Source: a virus
Lineage: Duplodnaviria > Caudoviricetes
Reading direction: 5' to 3' (one strand)
IMG/VR virus record: IMGVR_UViG_3300044634_003870
Location: 1 to 34,157 of that record
Length of the DNA: 34,157 nt
Part shown: positions 1 through 8,949 of the stretch, piece after piece
How positions within the stretch are numbered: position 1 is the stretch's first letter
Layout: each line of letters begins with the position of its first letter
Position numbers and translations under genes: made by a program
The notes under the pieces: generated by a model
Told to the model about the DNA's origin: nothing
Seen by the model: only the letters and a program-made list of their open reading frames with translations
Databases searched by the model: none

Positions 1-1
1 A

Positions 2-880
2 TATCTAGAGAAGTATCCAGAATCTAATATTTTAGCTCCCAAGAGCTATAGTTTAAATCTAACTATTTGGAAGGATACATTAGATTACTTTTTAACCCAC
101 AAGCCTGATATTGTTTTCCTTTGTGCTGCCAAAGTTGGGGGTATAAAAGCAAACAGTGAAAATAAAGCTACTTTTATAACTACTAATCTAAAGATTCAAA
201 CAAATGTTATAGAATCTTGTCATTTATCAGGTGTTAAAAAATTAGTCTTTCTCGGATCTTCTTGCATATATCCTAAAAATTGTCCGCAGCCAATAAAAGA
301 GGAATACCTTTTAACAGGTCCTTTAGAAGAAACAAATGATGCCTATGCGATTGCTAAGATAGCCGGTATTAAGATGTGCCAGTCATATAGGCAGCAATAT
401 GATCGAGATTACATATCGGTTATGCCGTGTAATCTCTATGGACCTGGTGATAACTTCGATCTTAATACCAGTCATGTATTACCTGCTCTAATTAGAAAAT
501 TTCACGAGGCTAAAAAAAATAATCTTCCTGAGGTTGAAGTGTGGGGTACTGGAAAACCAATGAGAGAATTTTTATATGTTGAAGATCTAGCAGAAGCACT
601 TATTTATTTGTCTGAAAATTATTCTTCTGGCGAAATAATAAATGTTGGGTCGGGCGAGGATATTTCAATATCGGATCTTTCTGATACTATAGCTAAAGTT
701 GTTGGGTACACTGGAACTATAAGATTTAATACCGAATATCCAGATGGGACATACCGTAAAGTTATGGATGTTTCTAGAATACTTGAAACAGGATGGAAGC
801 CTTCTACTACAATAATAGAGGGAATTAAAAAAACTTACGAATACTATAAAAATACAATATGCCAATTAGAAAAGCGATAA
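2..880 (+). CDS. fcl: GDP-L-fucose synthase (GDP-4-keto-6-deoxymannose epimerase/reductase), 5' truncated
   Basis: The frame of the 374..880 ORF is open back to position 2. It reads ...VFLCAAKVGGIKAN...FLGSSCIYPK...PLEETNDAYAIAKIAG (SDR YxxxK), then MPCNLYGPGDNF, SHVLPALIRKF and VWGTGKPMREFLYV. The true start is upstream of the window. Confidence 0.95.
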   Translation, partial: YLEKYPESNILAPKSYSLNLTIWKDTLDYFLTHKPDIVFLCAAKVGGIKANSENKATFITTNLKIQTNVIESCHLSGVKKLVFLGSSCIYPKNCPQPIKEEYLLTGPLEETNDAYAIAKIAGIKMCQSYRQQYDRDYISVMPCNLYGPGDNFDLNTSHVLPALIRKFHEAKKNNLPEVEVWGTGKPMREFLYVEDLAEALIYLSENYSSGEIINVGSGEDISISDLSDTIAKVVGYTGTIRFNTEYPDGTYRKVMDVSRILETGWKPSTTIIEGIKKTYEYYKNTICQLEKR

Positions 881-1881
881 TAACTGGTATTAATGGACAG
901 GATGGAAGTTATCTAGCCGAGCTTCTTTTAGAAAAAGGATACGAGGTTCACGGTACCATAAGAAGATCATCATCATTTAATACTTGGAGAATAGATCACA
1001 TTAGATCACATAAAAATTTTCATTGGCACTATACTGATGTTACTGACCCGGTTTCTATTAGTAATTTAATAGCTAATATTAAACCTGATGAGTTTTATAA
1101 TTTAGCAGCACAAAGTCACGTTAAGATATCTTTTGAAATACCTTATTATACTGGACAGGTTGATGCAATAGGAACATTAAATGTCTTAGAATCAATAAGG
1201 ACACACTCTCCTAATACTAAATTATATCAAGCTTCTACTTCGGAGCTTTACGGTAAGGTACAGGAGATTCCACAAAAAGAAACAACACCTTTTTATCCTA
1301 GAAGTCCATATGGAGTTGCTAAGCTGTATGGATTTTGGATAATAAAAAATTACAGAGAAGCCTATAACGTATTTGCTTGTAATGGTATTCTTTTTAATCA
1401 CACCTCACCTAGAAGGGGGGAAAACTTTGTGGAGAAGAAAATAGTAGATGGATTGGTTGATATTAAATTAGGAAAATCCGAAGTGCTAAAACTGGGCAAC
1501 CTTAATTCCTCCAGGGATATAGGGCATGCTAAAGAGTATGTTGAAGGGATGTGGAGAATGCTCCAACAAGAATCTCCTATAGATTTTGTTCTAGCTACCG
1601 GAGTTTCTTATACAATAAGAGAAATTGTAGAAATGACATCTATAAAATTAGGTATGAATATAAAATTTATAGGGGAAGGAGAGGAAGAAATTGGTGTTAT
1701 AATAGAAGATGGTAGAAAAATAGTAGAAGTGGATCCTAAATATTTTAGACCCTCTGAGGTCGATTTATTAATAGGAGATGCCACAGAAGCTAAAAAAGTA
1801 TTGGGATGGGAACCAAAACTATCTCTATCTCATATAATAGATGAAATGATAGAAGATAAAATAAATTCCTATGGACTATAA
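859..1881 (+). CDS. gmd: GDP-mannose 4,6-dehydratase
   Basis: Motifs ITGINGQDGSYLAE, YNLAAQSHVKISF, YQASTSELYG, PFYPRSPYGVAKLY, GILFNH and YFRPSEVDLLIGD. Overlaps fcl by 22 nt. Confidence 0.97.
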   Translation: MPIRKAIITGINGQDGSYLAELLLEKGYEVHGTIRRSSSFNTWRIDHIRSHKNFHWHYTDVTDPVSISNLIANIKPDEFYNLAAQSHVKISFEIPYYTGQVDAIGTLNVLESIRTHSPNTKLYQASTSELYGKVQEIPQKETTPFYPRSPYGVAKLYGFWIIKNYREAYNVFACNGILFNHTSPRRGENFVEKKIVDGLVDIKLGKSEVLKLGNLNSSRDIGHAKEYVEGMWRMLQQESPIDFVLATGVSYTIREIVEMTSIKLGMNIKFIGEGEEEIGVIIEDGRKIVEVDPKYFRPSEVDLLIGDATEAKKVLGWEPKLSLSHIIDEMIEDKINSYGL

Positions 1882-2449
1882 AGCTCTTTTAGATAAAGAA
1901 GTAGAACAAATAAAAAAGATACCGATCCAGAGAGTAAGTAATCTAGTTTCTCAAATAAGTAGATACATTGGACACGGAAGAATAATAACATCTGGAATGG
2001 GTAAAGCTGGACAAATAGCACACACGTTTGCCACTACTCTATCCTCGACAGGAACTCCAGCTTTTTTCTTGCATCCGTCCGAAGCCCAGCATGGTGACTT
2101 AGGAATAGTTCAGCCAGGAGACGTAATCATAGTTTTTAGTAACTCTGGTAAAACAAGAGAAGTTTTAGAACTCATTGATCTAGTACACAACTTAGAATAT
2201 AGTAATTACATATTTGCTATAGTTGGAACTAAAAGCGATGATATCTCTATAAAATGTGCAGATTATATCGAGTTTGGGCCAGTTGAAGAGATATGTCCCA
2301 TTGGATTAACACCAACAACTTCCACAACTTGTATGTCTGTGATATCAGATTTAATAGTTGTTGGTCTGATGGATAAAAACAATTTTACTAAGAAAGAATA
2401 CTCAAAATTACACCATGGCGGATATCTCGGCGACAAATCAAGAAACTAA
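1871..2449 (+). CDS. kdsD: D-arabinose-5-phosphate isomerase (KdsD/KpsF/GutQ family), SIS domain only
   Basis: Motifs SGMGKAGQIA, STGTPAFFLHPSEAQHGDLG, SNSGKTRE, PTTSTT and HHGGYLG. 192 aa with no CBS pair; adjacent to kdsA. Confidence 0.92.
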   Translation: MDYKALLDKEVEQIKKIPIQRVSNLVSQISRYIGHGRIITSGMGKAGQIAHTFATTLSSTGTPAFFLHPSEAQHGDLGIVQPGDVIIVFSNSGKTREVLELIDLVHNLEYSNYIFAIVGTKSDDISIKCADYIEFGPVEEICPIGLTPTTSTTCMSVISDLIVVGLMDKNNFTKKEYSKLHHGGYLGDKSRN

Positions 2450-3215
2450 AATATTAATAGCGGGTCCTTGTGTTATTCAAAGCTGGGACACTTGCCAGGA
2501 GATAGCAATAGAAATAAAAAGACTTGGCGAGCTTTTTAACTTCCAACCAGTCTTTAAGGGAAGCTGGGATAAAGCCAACAGAACATCACACGAGAGCTTC
2601 AGAGGAATAGATAAAAATAGAGCTCTAGAAATTCTATTTAGAATAAGAGAGCATTTAGGCATTTCCACAATAACGGATGTCCACGAGGCATCTCAAGTTG
2701 AAGAGGTTTCTAAATATGTAGATTTTTTACAGATCCCTGCTTTCTTATGCAGACAAACAGATCTTATCGAAGCTTGTGCAAAATCCGGAAATCCCACTCT
2801 GATAAAGAAGGGGCAATTCCTTTCTCCTGAATCTTGCTCTTATATAGAGGACAAATTCTATAGTGCTGGCGGATCTAGGATGATGATTTGTGAGAGGGGA
2901 AATTCTTTTGGATACAACGATCTTATAGTGGATGCTACATCGATTCCTAGGTTAAGAAACTCATGTCAAAGATCACTGATAGCTCTTGACTGTACTCACA
3001 GTTTACAGAAACCAAACGGGGAAGGTAAAACAGGAGGAAATGCTAGCCTTATCGAGGATATGGTTAGGTATGGTGCGGTAATGGGTGCGGATGCTTTGTT
3101 CATAGAAACGCACCCATATCCACATCTCTCACCATCGGACTCTGAAAATATGTTGGAGTTATCTAAATTAGAGGAAGTATTATCAAACGCAAGAAGAATA
3201 TACAATGCGGGATAA
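2415..3215 (+). CDS. kdsA: Kdo-8-phosphate synthase, probably the metal-dependent class
   Basis: Motifs IAGPCVI, DKANRTS, TDVHE, QIPAFLCRQTDL, KKGQF, ERGNSFGYNDL, DCTHS and FIETHP...SD. KANRTS marks KDO8PS rather than DAHP synthase. Cys/His/Glu/Asp metal-ligand positions appear to be present. Confidence 0.93.
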   Translation: MADISATNQETKILIAGPCVIQSWDTCQEIAIEIKRLGELFNFQPVFKGSWDKANRTSHESFRGIDKNRALEILFRIREHLGISTITDVHEASQVEEVSKYVDFLQIPAFLCRQTDLIEACAKSGNPTLIKKGQFLSPESCSYIEDKFYSAGGSRMMICERGNSFGYNDLIVDATSIPRLRNSCQRSLIALDCTHSLQKPNGEGKTGGNASLIEDMVRYGAVMGADALFIETHPYPHLSPSDSENMLELSKLEEVLSNARRIYNAG

Positions 3216-3912
3216 GCTGTTAGATGTAGTTATAGTTAGCTATGCAAAGGATGACTATTGTAAGGATCTTACCAGGGATTGTATACTTTCCTTAATATCT
3301 TCTGAAAGAAATTTCCATGAGCTGTTTAATATAATAGTTGTTGAGTCAGAACCGGGCGTTAAATGGGAATACATGTCCGAATGTGTATCAACTTATGAGG
3401 CTCCTCTTCCTTATGGATATCATAAATTTTTAAATTTCGGTAGGAAGAAAGGAAGTTCTCCGTGGGTTGCTTTATGTAATAACGACCTAGAGTTTAAACC
3501 TAACTGGTTCACTAATATATTAAAAGCTTCTGATGCTTTTCCACAATTTATGTCATTCTCTCCTATATGTCCTAAGACACAAAGTTTGTATGGCATATAC
3601 GAGAACACTGGGCTCATAAAAGGGTACGAGATAAGAAAACACATATCTGGATGGTGTATCGTTCATAAGAGACAAATATATGATGTAATAGGAGATCTTG
3701 ACGAGAGGTTCCATCATTGGTTTTGTGATAATGACTATTCAATGGAATTAGCTAAAAACAATTTGGAGCATGCTCTTGTGACAGATTCTGTTGTGGTTCA
3801 TCATGATAAAAATATCGGCAAGACAACAGAAAGGGTAATAAAGGACTATGATCTAATGCACAAGATGACTAGTGGATCTTATCCTATTTTTAAAGAAAAG
3901 TGGAATTTATAA
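3205..3912 (+). CDS. Family 2 (GT-A fold) glycosyltransferase
   Basis: N-terminal DVVIVSY, IIVVES, NFG...WVALCNND (DxD-equivalent), SGWCIV, IGDLDERF..WFCDND and VVHH. No obvious transmembrane segment. Confidence 0.85.
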   Translation: MRDKLLDVVIVSYAKDDYCKDLTRDCILSLISSERNFHELFNIIVVESEPGVKWEYMSECVSTYEAPLPYGYHKFLNFGRKKGSSPWVALCNNDLEFKPNWFTNILKASDAFPQFMSFSPICPKTQSLYGIYENTGLIKGYEIRKHISGWCIVHKRQIYDVIGDLDERFHHWFCDNDYSMELAKNNLEHALVTDSVVVHHDKNIGKTTERVIKDYDLMHKMTSGSYPIFKEKWNL

Positions 3913-3921
3913 AAATCACAT

Positions 3922-4542
3922 ATGACTAGATACGACATAATTAATAGAATAATAGAAAACAAAGGGTATAAGGATTATTTAGAGATAGGAGTAAGAGACG
4001 GTGAATGTTTCAAAGAGATCTGCTGTGAAAATAAGATTGGTGTGGATCCTAATCCCACATCAAACCACACGACTCATATAATGACTTCGGATGTTTTCTT
4101 CGAGAGGTTAGATCAGGATAAAAAATTTGATCTAATTTTTATCGACGGGCTTCATCTAGATTTTCAAGTTGATAGAGATATAGAAAACTCTTTAAAACAT
4201 CTTTCTGAGGGTGGAACTATAGTACTACATGACTGTAATCCCCCAACTAAACATCATGCAGCAGAAAGCCCTGTTTTTACCTATCCGGCTAATGGTAATT
4301 GGAACGGAACTGTTTATCTCTCTCTTATAAAACTTAGACTATATAAAAATGATGTTAAATTGGTTACTGTTGACACTGATTGGGGGGTTGGAATTTTAAC
4401 TAAAGATGTAAGTGAGTCTTTAGATGCTTTTCCTAATGATGCAATATCGTGGGAATTTTTCTACAGTTACAGAAATGAGATATTAGATTTGATTTCGCCA
4501 GATGAATTTGATGAGCTATATCCAATTTACAAAGAAGTTTAA
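3922..4542 (+). CDS. Class I SAM-dependent methyltransferase (Methyltransf_24-like)
   Basis: YLEIGV (motif I), IGVDP, FDLIFIDGLH and GGTIVLHDC; a type often found in glycan clusters. Confidence 0.85.
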   Translation: MTRYDIINRIIENKGYKDYLEIGVRDGECFKEICCENKIGVDPNPTSNHTTHIMTSDVFFERLDQDKKFDLIFIDGLHLDFQVDRDIENSLKHLSEGGTIVLHDCNPPTKHHAAESPVFTYPANGNWNGTVYLSLIKLRLYKNDVKLVTVDTDWGVGILTKDVSESLDAFPNDAISWEFFYSYRNEILDLISPDEFDELYPIYKEV

Positions 4543-4546
4543 TTTT

Positions 4547-4574
4547 GAAATTATTTAGCTAGGGTGGAATATAA
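4547..4574 (+). promoter_or_regulatory. Putative bipartite promoter, GAAA-N19-TATAA
   Basis: GAAA at 4547-4550 and TATAA at 4570-4574, in the gap before ORF 4583. The same spacing recurs at 13138 and 19192. Confidence 0.45.
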
Positions 4575-4582
4575 GAGTTATT

Positions 4583-4846
4583 ATGATTATAGAAAAAGGC
4601 CATAAGCTGGTTATTTCTAAAGAGAATGGAAAAGCTCACGTAGAAATAGCAAGACATAAGCAAGATTACATGGATAATATACTCGTAATAAACAGCATAG
4701 GTAGCAAAAGATTCGAGGATGTTTGGATAATAGAAAAGGATCTAGATGCTTGGCTTTATACCATAAATAAAGAAGGTTTTACAAAGATAAAAACAATAGA
4801 AGATGTGGAATCTCCTAAAAAAGATAGTAAAAAGAAAAAAGGATAA
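4583..4846 (+). CDS. Hypothetical protein (87 aa, basic C-terminus)
   Basis: Fills the gap in the co-directional gene array; no recognisable motif. Confidence 0.7.
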   Translation: MIIEKGHKLVISKENGKAHVEIARHKQDYMDNILVINSIGSKRFEDVWIIEKDLDAWLYTINKEGFTKIKTIEDVESPKKDSKKKKG

Positions 4847-4847
4847 C

Positions 4848-5426
4848 ATGGAAAACATAGAAGAAATTGATATAGAAATTCTTGATAACGAACTAAAACC
4901 CTTTCTTTATAAATGGACGAAAGGAGATAACTCTGGAAGTGTGTCCGAATATGAAAGTGTTTTTAAGGATCCTACCACAGGAATAATATGGATCAATTTT
5001 AGGGGAGGAACAAGAATAAACTACAATTTGCTTAATGAATATATGATGCAAATTGAGCCTTCTGCTATTATACATAATGAGCCGATATCTCAAAATAATC
5101 TTCCTATTAAAAATGTAATGTTGTCTGAATCAAAGGCTAAAGTTCCAGATTTAGAAAATCCTATAGTTTCTCTTTTACAAAAACAAAAACCCAACTGGGT
5201 TGAGGTTGGAATTAATCTCAAATTAAATTTACCAACTAAGAGTCTTTATAATGTTCTAACCTCATCTTTTGAAGATGCTGAGGAGGAAATTATAGAGTTT
5301 GTTGTTAGAGATCTTGATATTGAAATAATCAAGGAGAGTCTGAGGATAAATATAAAAGATATATATAAATCAAATGGAACTTTACGAAAAGGCGGATCAA
5401 ACGGTAATACAAAAAACGAGGAATAG
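4848..5426 (+). CDS. Hypothetical protein (about 192 aa)
   Basis: The ORF track starts at 4803. The ATG at 4848 (MENIEE...) lies 1 nt after the upstream stop and is the more likely start. Confidence 0.75.
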   Translation: MENIEEIDIEILDNELKPFLYKWTKGDNSGSVSEYESVFKDPTTGIIWINFRGGTRINYNLLNEYMMQIEPSAIIHNEPISQNNLPIKNVMLSESKAKVPDLENPIVSLLQKQKPNWVEVGINLKLNLPTKSLYNVLTSSFEDAEEEIIEFVVRDLDIEIIKESLRINIKDIYKSNGTLRKGGSNGNTKNEE

Positions 5427-5931
5427 AGAGGTCGTTGAAATAGACGGTCACCTATTTATTAGACAGATAAATCCTGGCGTTATAATAATGCCTTTTACTG
5501 TGGATGATTCTGGATTTCCAAATAAGATAGGAATAATATCGGAGGTTCTAGATCAAAGACCAGGAGGAATGGCTAAGACCCTTATTACCGGTTCACAAGA
5601 TGATAAGGACGATAACATATACCAGACTGCAGTTAGAGAAATGGAAGAAGAGTCTGGCTTTCTAGTAGAAGATCTTAAAAGATGGAAATTCTTGGGAAGC
5701 TTATACACTTCAAAAATGGTTATTAACTCTAATCCATGTTTTGCTGTCAATATAACCGGACTAGTTTCAGGAGAAAGAAAAACAGATGGATCTACTTCAG
5801 AGAAGAACACTAAATTCGAATTGGTTACAGTTGCAGAAGCTCTTAATCTAGAGGATTCTCTAGTCAGCACGCTTTTTATAAAAACTTTTAAAGACATTTT
5901 TAATAAAGAAGAAGATGAATCTACCAAATAG
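5374..5931 (+). CDS. Nudix hydrolase
   Basis: Nudix box-like GSQDDKDDNIYQTAVREMEEESG. Confidence 0.85.
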   Translation: MELYEKADQTVIQKTRNREVVEIDGHLFIRQINPGVIIMPFTVDDSGFPNKIGIISEVLDQRPGGMAKTLITGSQDDKDDNIYQTAVREMEEESGFLVEDLKRWKFLGSLYTSKMVINSNPCFAVNITGLVSGERKTDGSTSEKNTKFELVTVAEALNLEDSLVSTLFIKTFKDIFNKEEDESTK

Positions 5932-6085
5932 AAAGGAAAGAAGAAAGATGGCTAAGGAGATGGGTCTCCTCAGCAACAAAACAAATCCTGCAAAAGAAGA
6001 CTCTAGGGAAAGATCTAAAGCAATGGGAAACTTGCTAAGACTTAGAAATTTAACTGAGCAAAGAAATAGAAAAAAAGATAATTGA
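5915..6085 (+). CDS. Small basic protein (56 aa), absent from the ORF track
   Basis: ATG 5915 to TGA 6083-6085: MNLPNRKERRKMAKEMGLLSNKTNPAKEDSRERSKAMGNLLRLRNLTEQRNRKKDN. It fills an otherwise empty 160-nt gap in a dense array. Confidence 0.7.
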   Translation: MNLPNRKERRKMAKEMGLLSNKTNPAKEDSRERSKAMGNLLRLRNLTEQRNRKKDN

Positions 6086-6092
6086 TTCTATA

Positions 6093-6416
6093 GTGGATAT
6101 AAGATCATTTATAATTCCTAAAGCAGATAAGCTTAAAACTTTAAATCAGGATTCTTGTGGTGGATTTCACGTAATAGATGTTAATCTTTGGTTTAAAGCA
6201 AACAATCTTACCCCTTCTTCGATGAATGAAATAAGACAGTACATTTTTGAAGAGTGGCTCCACAAAAAAATATCAGGCTCTAAAACAAAGATGTCTAACG
6301 GATGTAGTCTTATCATCGTCTATGATAGTCCAACCGATCCCTTTATTGCTCTATTAAAACAGAAAATCGTAGAGATATTAGATTACGATTTTTGCGATGT
6401 TGTTTTAATGGACTAA
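6093..6416 (+). CDS. Hypothetical protein (107 aa, GTG start)
   Basis: Starts 7 nt after the previous stop; no recognisable motif. Confidence 0.65.
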   Translation: MDIRSFIIPKADKLKTLNQDSCGGFHVIDVNLWFKANNLTPSSMNEIRQYIFEEWLHKKISGSKTKMSNGCSLIIVYDSPTDPFIALLKQKIVEILDYDFCDVVLMD

Positions 6417-6425
6417 ATAAAAAAA

Positions 6426-6434
6426 GGGTATATA
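6426..6434 (+). promoter_or_regulatory. Putative late-promoter motif GGGTATATA
   Basis: Intergenic, just before the first structural gene; matches GRRTATATA at 22604 and 32476. Confidence 0.4.
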
Positions 6435-6438
6435 TGAT

Positions 6439-8319
6439 ATGTCACAATTAACCCAGGATCCTAATATAAATAGTACAACTGGATTGCAAAATGCAGGGAC
6501 TGTTTTATCGGACATTCAGAAGTACAATACTCAAGGTATTTACACCTTTGATTCCGATAAGGTATTTGCCACCTATGAGTTATCTGAATTAAAAACATTA
6601 CCTAAAAGTTTATTTTACGATGCAGCAACTTCTGATGGGGTATACCGTGGATTATTTGCTTACTATGTTTTAGGTAGGGGCGAGAATGTTAAATACCATC
6701 AATCTGAATTAAATGCAGGGGTATCTAAAATAACACCTCAAGCTTCCAGAAATCCTACTGCAAAACAGATAATAGATGAGGTAAGTGGTGGAACACAATA
6801 TCCTAATTATATAAATCCTAAAAGCCCATATAGGGGACAGATTTATAATGTTAAGGATTTTATATTTTGTAAATATTATGGTATAATCCCGAATAACAGG
6901 ATGCTAACTCTAAGAAGGTTTGCTTATCCGACATTAGATTCGCTTAGAGTTATGGCGGACGATAAAGTGGGGGATTTCTCTATAGATTCACAGAATGGCT
7001 CAAGTAATACAGTTTCTTATAAACAAGTCAGTATCCCAAATCTAGGTAAATTACAAGATGTCACTGGAGCAATGAATACCTCTTTACCAGTATCACAGCT
7101 TGTTAGTTATTTTGGGGAAGGCACGGGTAACAATTTAAGCACTATCCTTGGAATAGATACCGGACTAAATTTTTCAATGCAGACGCAAGAGCCAGTAAAA
7201 AGCGAAAACACAGGCGATCCTGGTTTAATGAATACTCCTTATGGGGATTTAGTGAAGGCAGCGATTACTAGTGGTGAAAATTCTATTTCAGATACGGATT
7301 TAGAATCCTTAGATAAATTAGTAGGAACATTTTTAGCACCGGAAAAACAGATAAATCTTTTACAGAGAGCTCTATTAGACGAAGCCGTTACTGCTGAGGG
7401 TCCTTTATCAAAAAAGATATTTGTTAATGTTAACACAGTTAATCAAATAAACACTAGATCTCAGGGGTTTAACGGAGGAACTAATAGTTTTACAATAAAT
7501 TTTGATTTCACGTTAAATTCTGCTGGGCAAATAAATTCTAAGCTACTTTTCTTAGATTTGATGACTAACGTTTTTTCTATCGCAACAGATTACGGACAAT
7601 TCTTAACTCCTGAAATAAGAATACAACAGACTAGTGTTGGTTTAGGATTTCCTGGGGGTCCAGCAAAATATGCACAATCTATAACTGATCCCATAGGATA
7701 TATTAGAGATATAGTGAGTAAAATGCTTTCTTCTAGTGAGGTGGAAAGACAGTTAAAAGCTGAACAGAGTGTCACTAGCGATCTTAAGCAAATCGCTGAG
7801 GATATGAATAAATTCATTTATAAACCGGATGAGGGATTAGACCCTAGCTCTAAACTTTATAAGTCTATAGCAGTTTTAATCTCTGATCTTTTTCTTAAAA
7901 AGATTTATTATAGCCCAATAATGCTAAGTGGATATCCCACAGGGGAATGGCATCTTACCGTGGGAAATCCATTAAATCCTATTGCCATGATGGGTAACTT
8001 AATATGTAAGAACGTAAAAATTAATTTTAACGATGAGCTAGGGCCAGACGATTTTCCCACTGAAATGAAAGTACAAATAACGCTTGAGCCCGGTAGACAA
8101 AGACATCGTGGAGATTGGGAGTCGATGTTTAACAGGGGTAACGGAAGATTATATCTTGGTCAACTTGTTTCTAGCAGAGAATCAACAAATGCTTGGATTA
8201 ATTCTCAAGGTGTATTTGTTAATGATACCGATGGTAAAAATATCTATAACATTGTACAAGATAATATAAATCCAAACACAGGAACAGAAACGAATGCAAC
8301 TATAGGACCTGTACAGTAA
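6439..8319 (+). CDS. Putative baseplate/tail-tube-initiator-like structural protein
   Basis: Lies directly before the gp53-like gene. The C-terminal segment (WHLTVGNPLNP...NLICKNVKINF...DDFPTEMKVQITL) resembles tube-fold gp48/gp54-type proteins. The function is inferred. Confidence 0.5.
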   Translation: MSQLTQDPNINSTTGLQNAGTVLSDIQKYNTQGIYTFDSDKVFATYELSELKTLPKSLFYDAATSDGVYRGLFAYYVLGRGENVKYHQSELNAGVSKITPQASRNPTAKQIIDEVSGGTQYPNYINPKSPYRGQIYNVKDFIFCKYYGIIPNNRMLTLRRFAYPTLDSLRVMADDKVGDFSIDSQNGSSNTVSYKQVSIPNLGKLQDVTGAMNTSLPVSQLVSYFGEGTGNNLSTILGIDTGLNFSMQTQEPVKSENTGDPGLMNTPYGDLVKAAITSGENSISDTDLESLDKLVGTFLAPEKQINLLQRALLDEAVTAEGPLSKKIFVNVNTVNQINTRSQGFNGGTNSFTINFDFTLNSAGQINSKLLFLDLMTNVFSIATDYGQFLTPEIRIQQTSVGLGFPGGPAKYAQSITDPIGYIRDIVSKMLSSSEVERQLKAEQSVTSDLKQIAEDMNKFIYKPDEGLDPSSKLYKSIAVLISDLFLKKIYYSPIMLSGYPTGEWHLTVGNPLNPIAMMGNLICKNVKINFNDELGPDDFPTEMKVQITLEPGRQRHRGDWESMFNRGNGRLYLGQLVSSRESTNAWINSQGVFVNDTDGKNIYNIVQDNINPNTGTETNATIGPVQ

Positions 8320-8341
8320 AAAATAAAAAAATAGATTAGTT

Positions 8342-8947
8342 ATGCTAACAATTGATGTTATAGAAAATAAGCCATTTTTTACTAATCCGCAAAACGGTCA
8401 AAGGTGCTTGGATCTAGTTGCTCCCTCATGGAACACTAGAACAATAAGATACACTATAAAAAATATAGCTATAGTAACGGACGAAACTGAAATGAGGCCA
8501 GATTTGGTTTCTATGATTTACCTTTCAGAAATGTCTACTCTTGGGACTATGCTAAAATTAAATGGTATATCCAATCCTCTTAGCGTTAAAAGAGGTGAGA
8601 TACTTTTTATACCGGGTGATGAGATGGTGAGCGAGCTTTTTAGAAGTGGTGAAGCGGTCAACAACCAAAAGCAAAAAGCCAGATCATTCAGAAAAGAATT
8701 ACAAGAAAAAATATCGCAGGTTAGTAAAGAAAGATTGGAATATTTAAATTCTAAGAATATATCAAATCTTGCTGAAACCCCTCTGCCACCTAACCTGTTA
8801 AAAGAAGGACAACAGCAGATACTAGTTACAGAAGGGAGATTAATATTTGGCCCTGATATAGGACAATGTAAAACTAGGACTAAGAAAAACGTATCTGTTA
8901 CTGATATAAAAACTAAATTAGCTCAAAAGAACATTTTTAAAAGATAA
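8342..8947 (+). CDS. Baseplate protein, T4 gp53/LysM-like
   Basis: MRPDLVSMIY...LKLNGISNPLSVKRGEILFIP is a LysM/gp53-like pattern. Confidence 0.7.
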   Translation: MLTIDVIENKPFFTNPQNGQRCLDLVAPSWNTRTIRYTIKNIAIVTDETEMRPDLVSMIYLSEMSTLGTMLKLNGISNPLSVKRGEILFIPGDEMVSELFRSGEAVNNQKQKARSFRKELQEKISQVSKERLEYLNSKNISNLAETPLPPNLLKEGQQQILVTEGRLIFGPDIGQCKTRTKKNVSVTDIKTKLAQKNIFKR

Positions 8948-8949
8948 TA

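Noticed and set aside
1871-2449. Arabinose-5-phosphate isomerase as part of a DNA arabinosylation pathway
   Set aside because: It overlaps kdsA, which consumes A5P, and no nucleotide-modifying genes (thymidylate-synthase-like enzymes, kinases) are in the window. Not excluded genome-wide.
2-4542. Eukaryotic giant virus origin, since some encode GMD/fucose synthase and Kdo enzymes
   Set aside because: Overlapping operon-like genes, a bacterial S1 and contractile-tail baseplate genes indicate a bacteriophage.
4540-4547. Bacteroidota housekeeping promoter -7 element TAnnTTTG (TAATTTTG)
   Set aside because: There is no TTTG at the expected upstream spacing, and it overlaps a stop codon in AT-rich DNA, so it is likely chance.
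5374-5931. Nudix gene as GDP-mannose mannosyl hydrolase (gmm/wcaH) belonging to the sugar cassette
   Set aside because: It has a canonical REMEEESG box rather than the altered Gmm box and is separated from the cassette by other genes. The substrate cannot be assigned.
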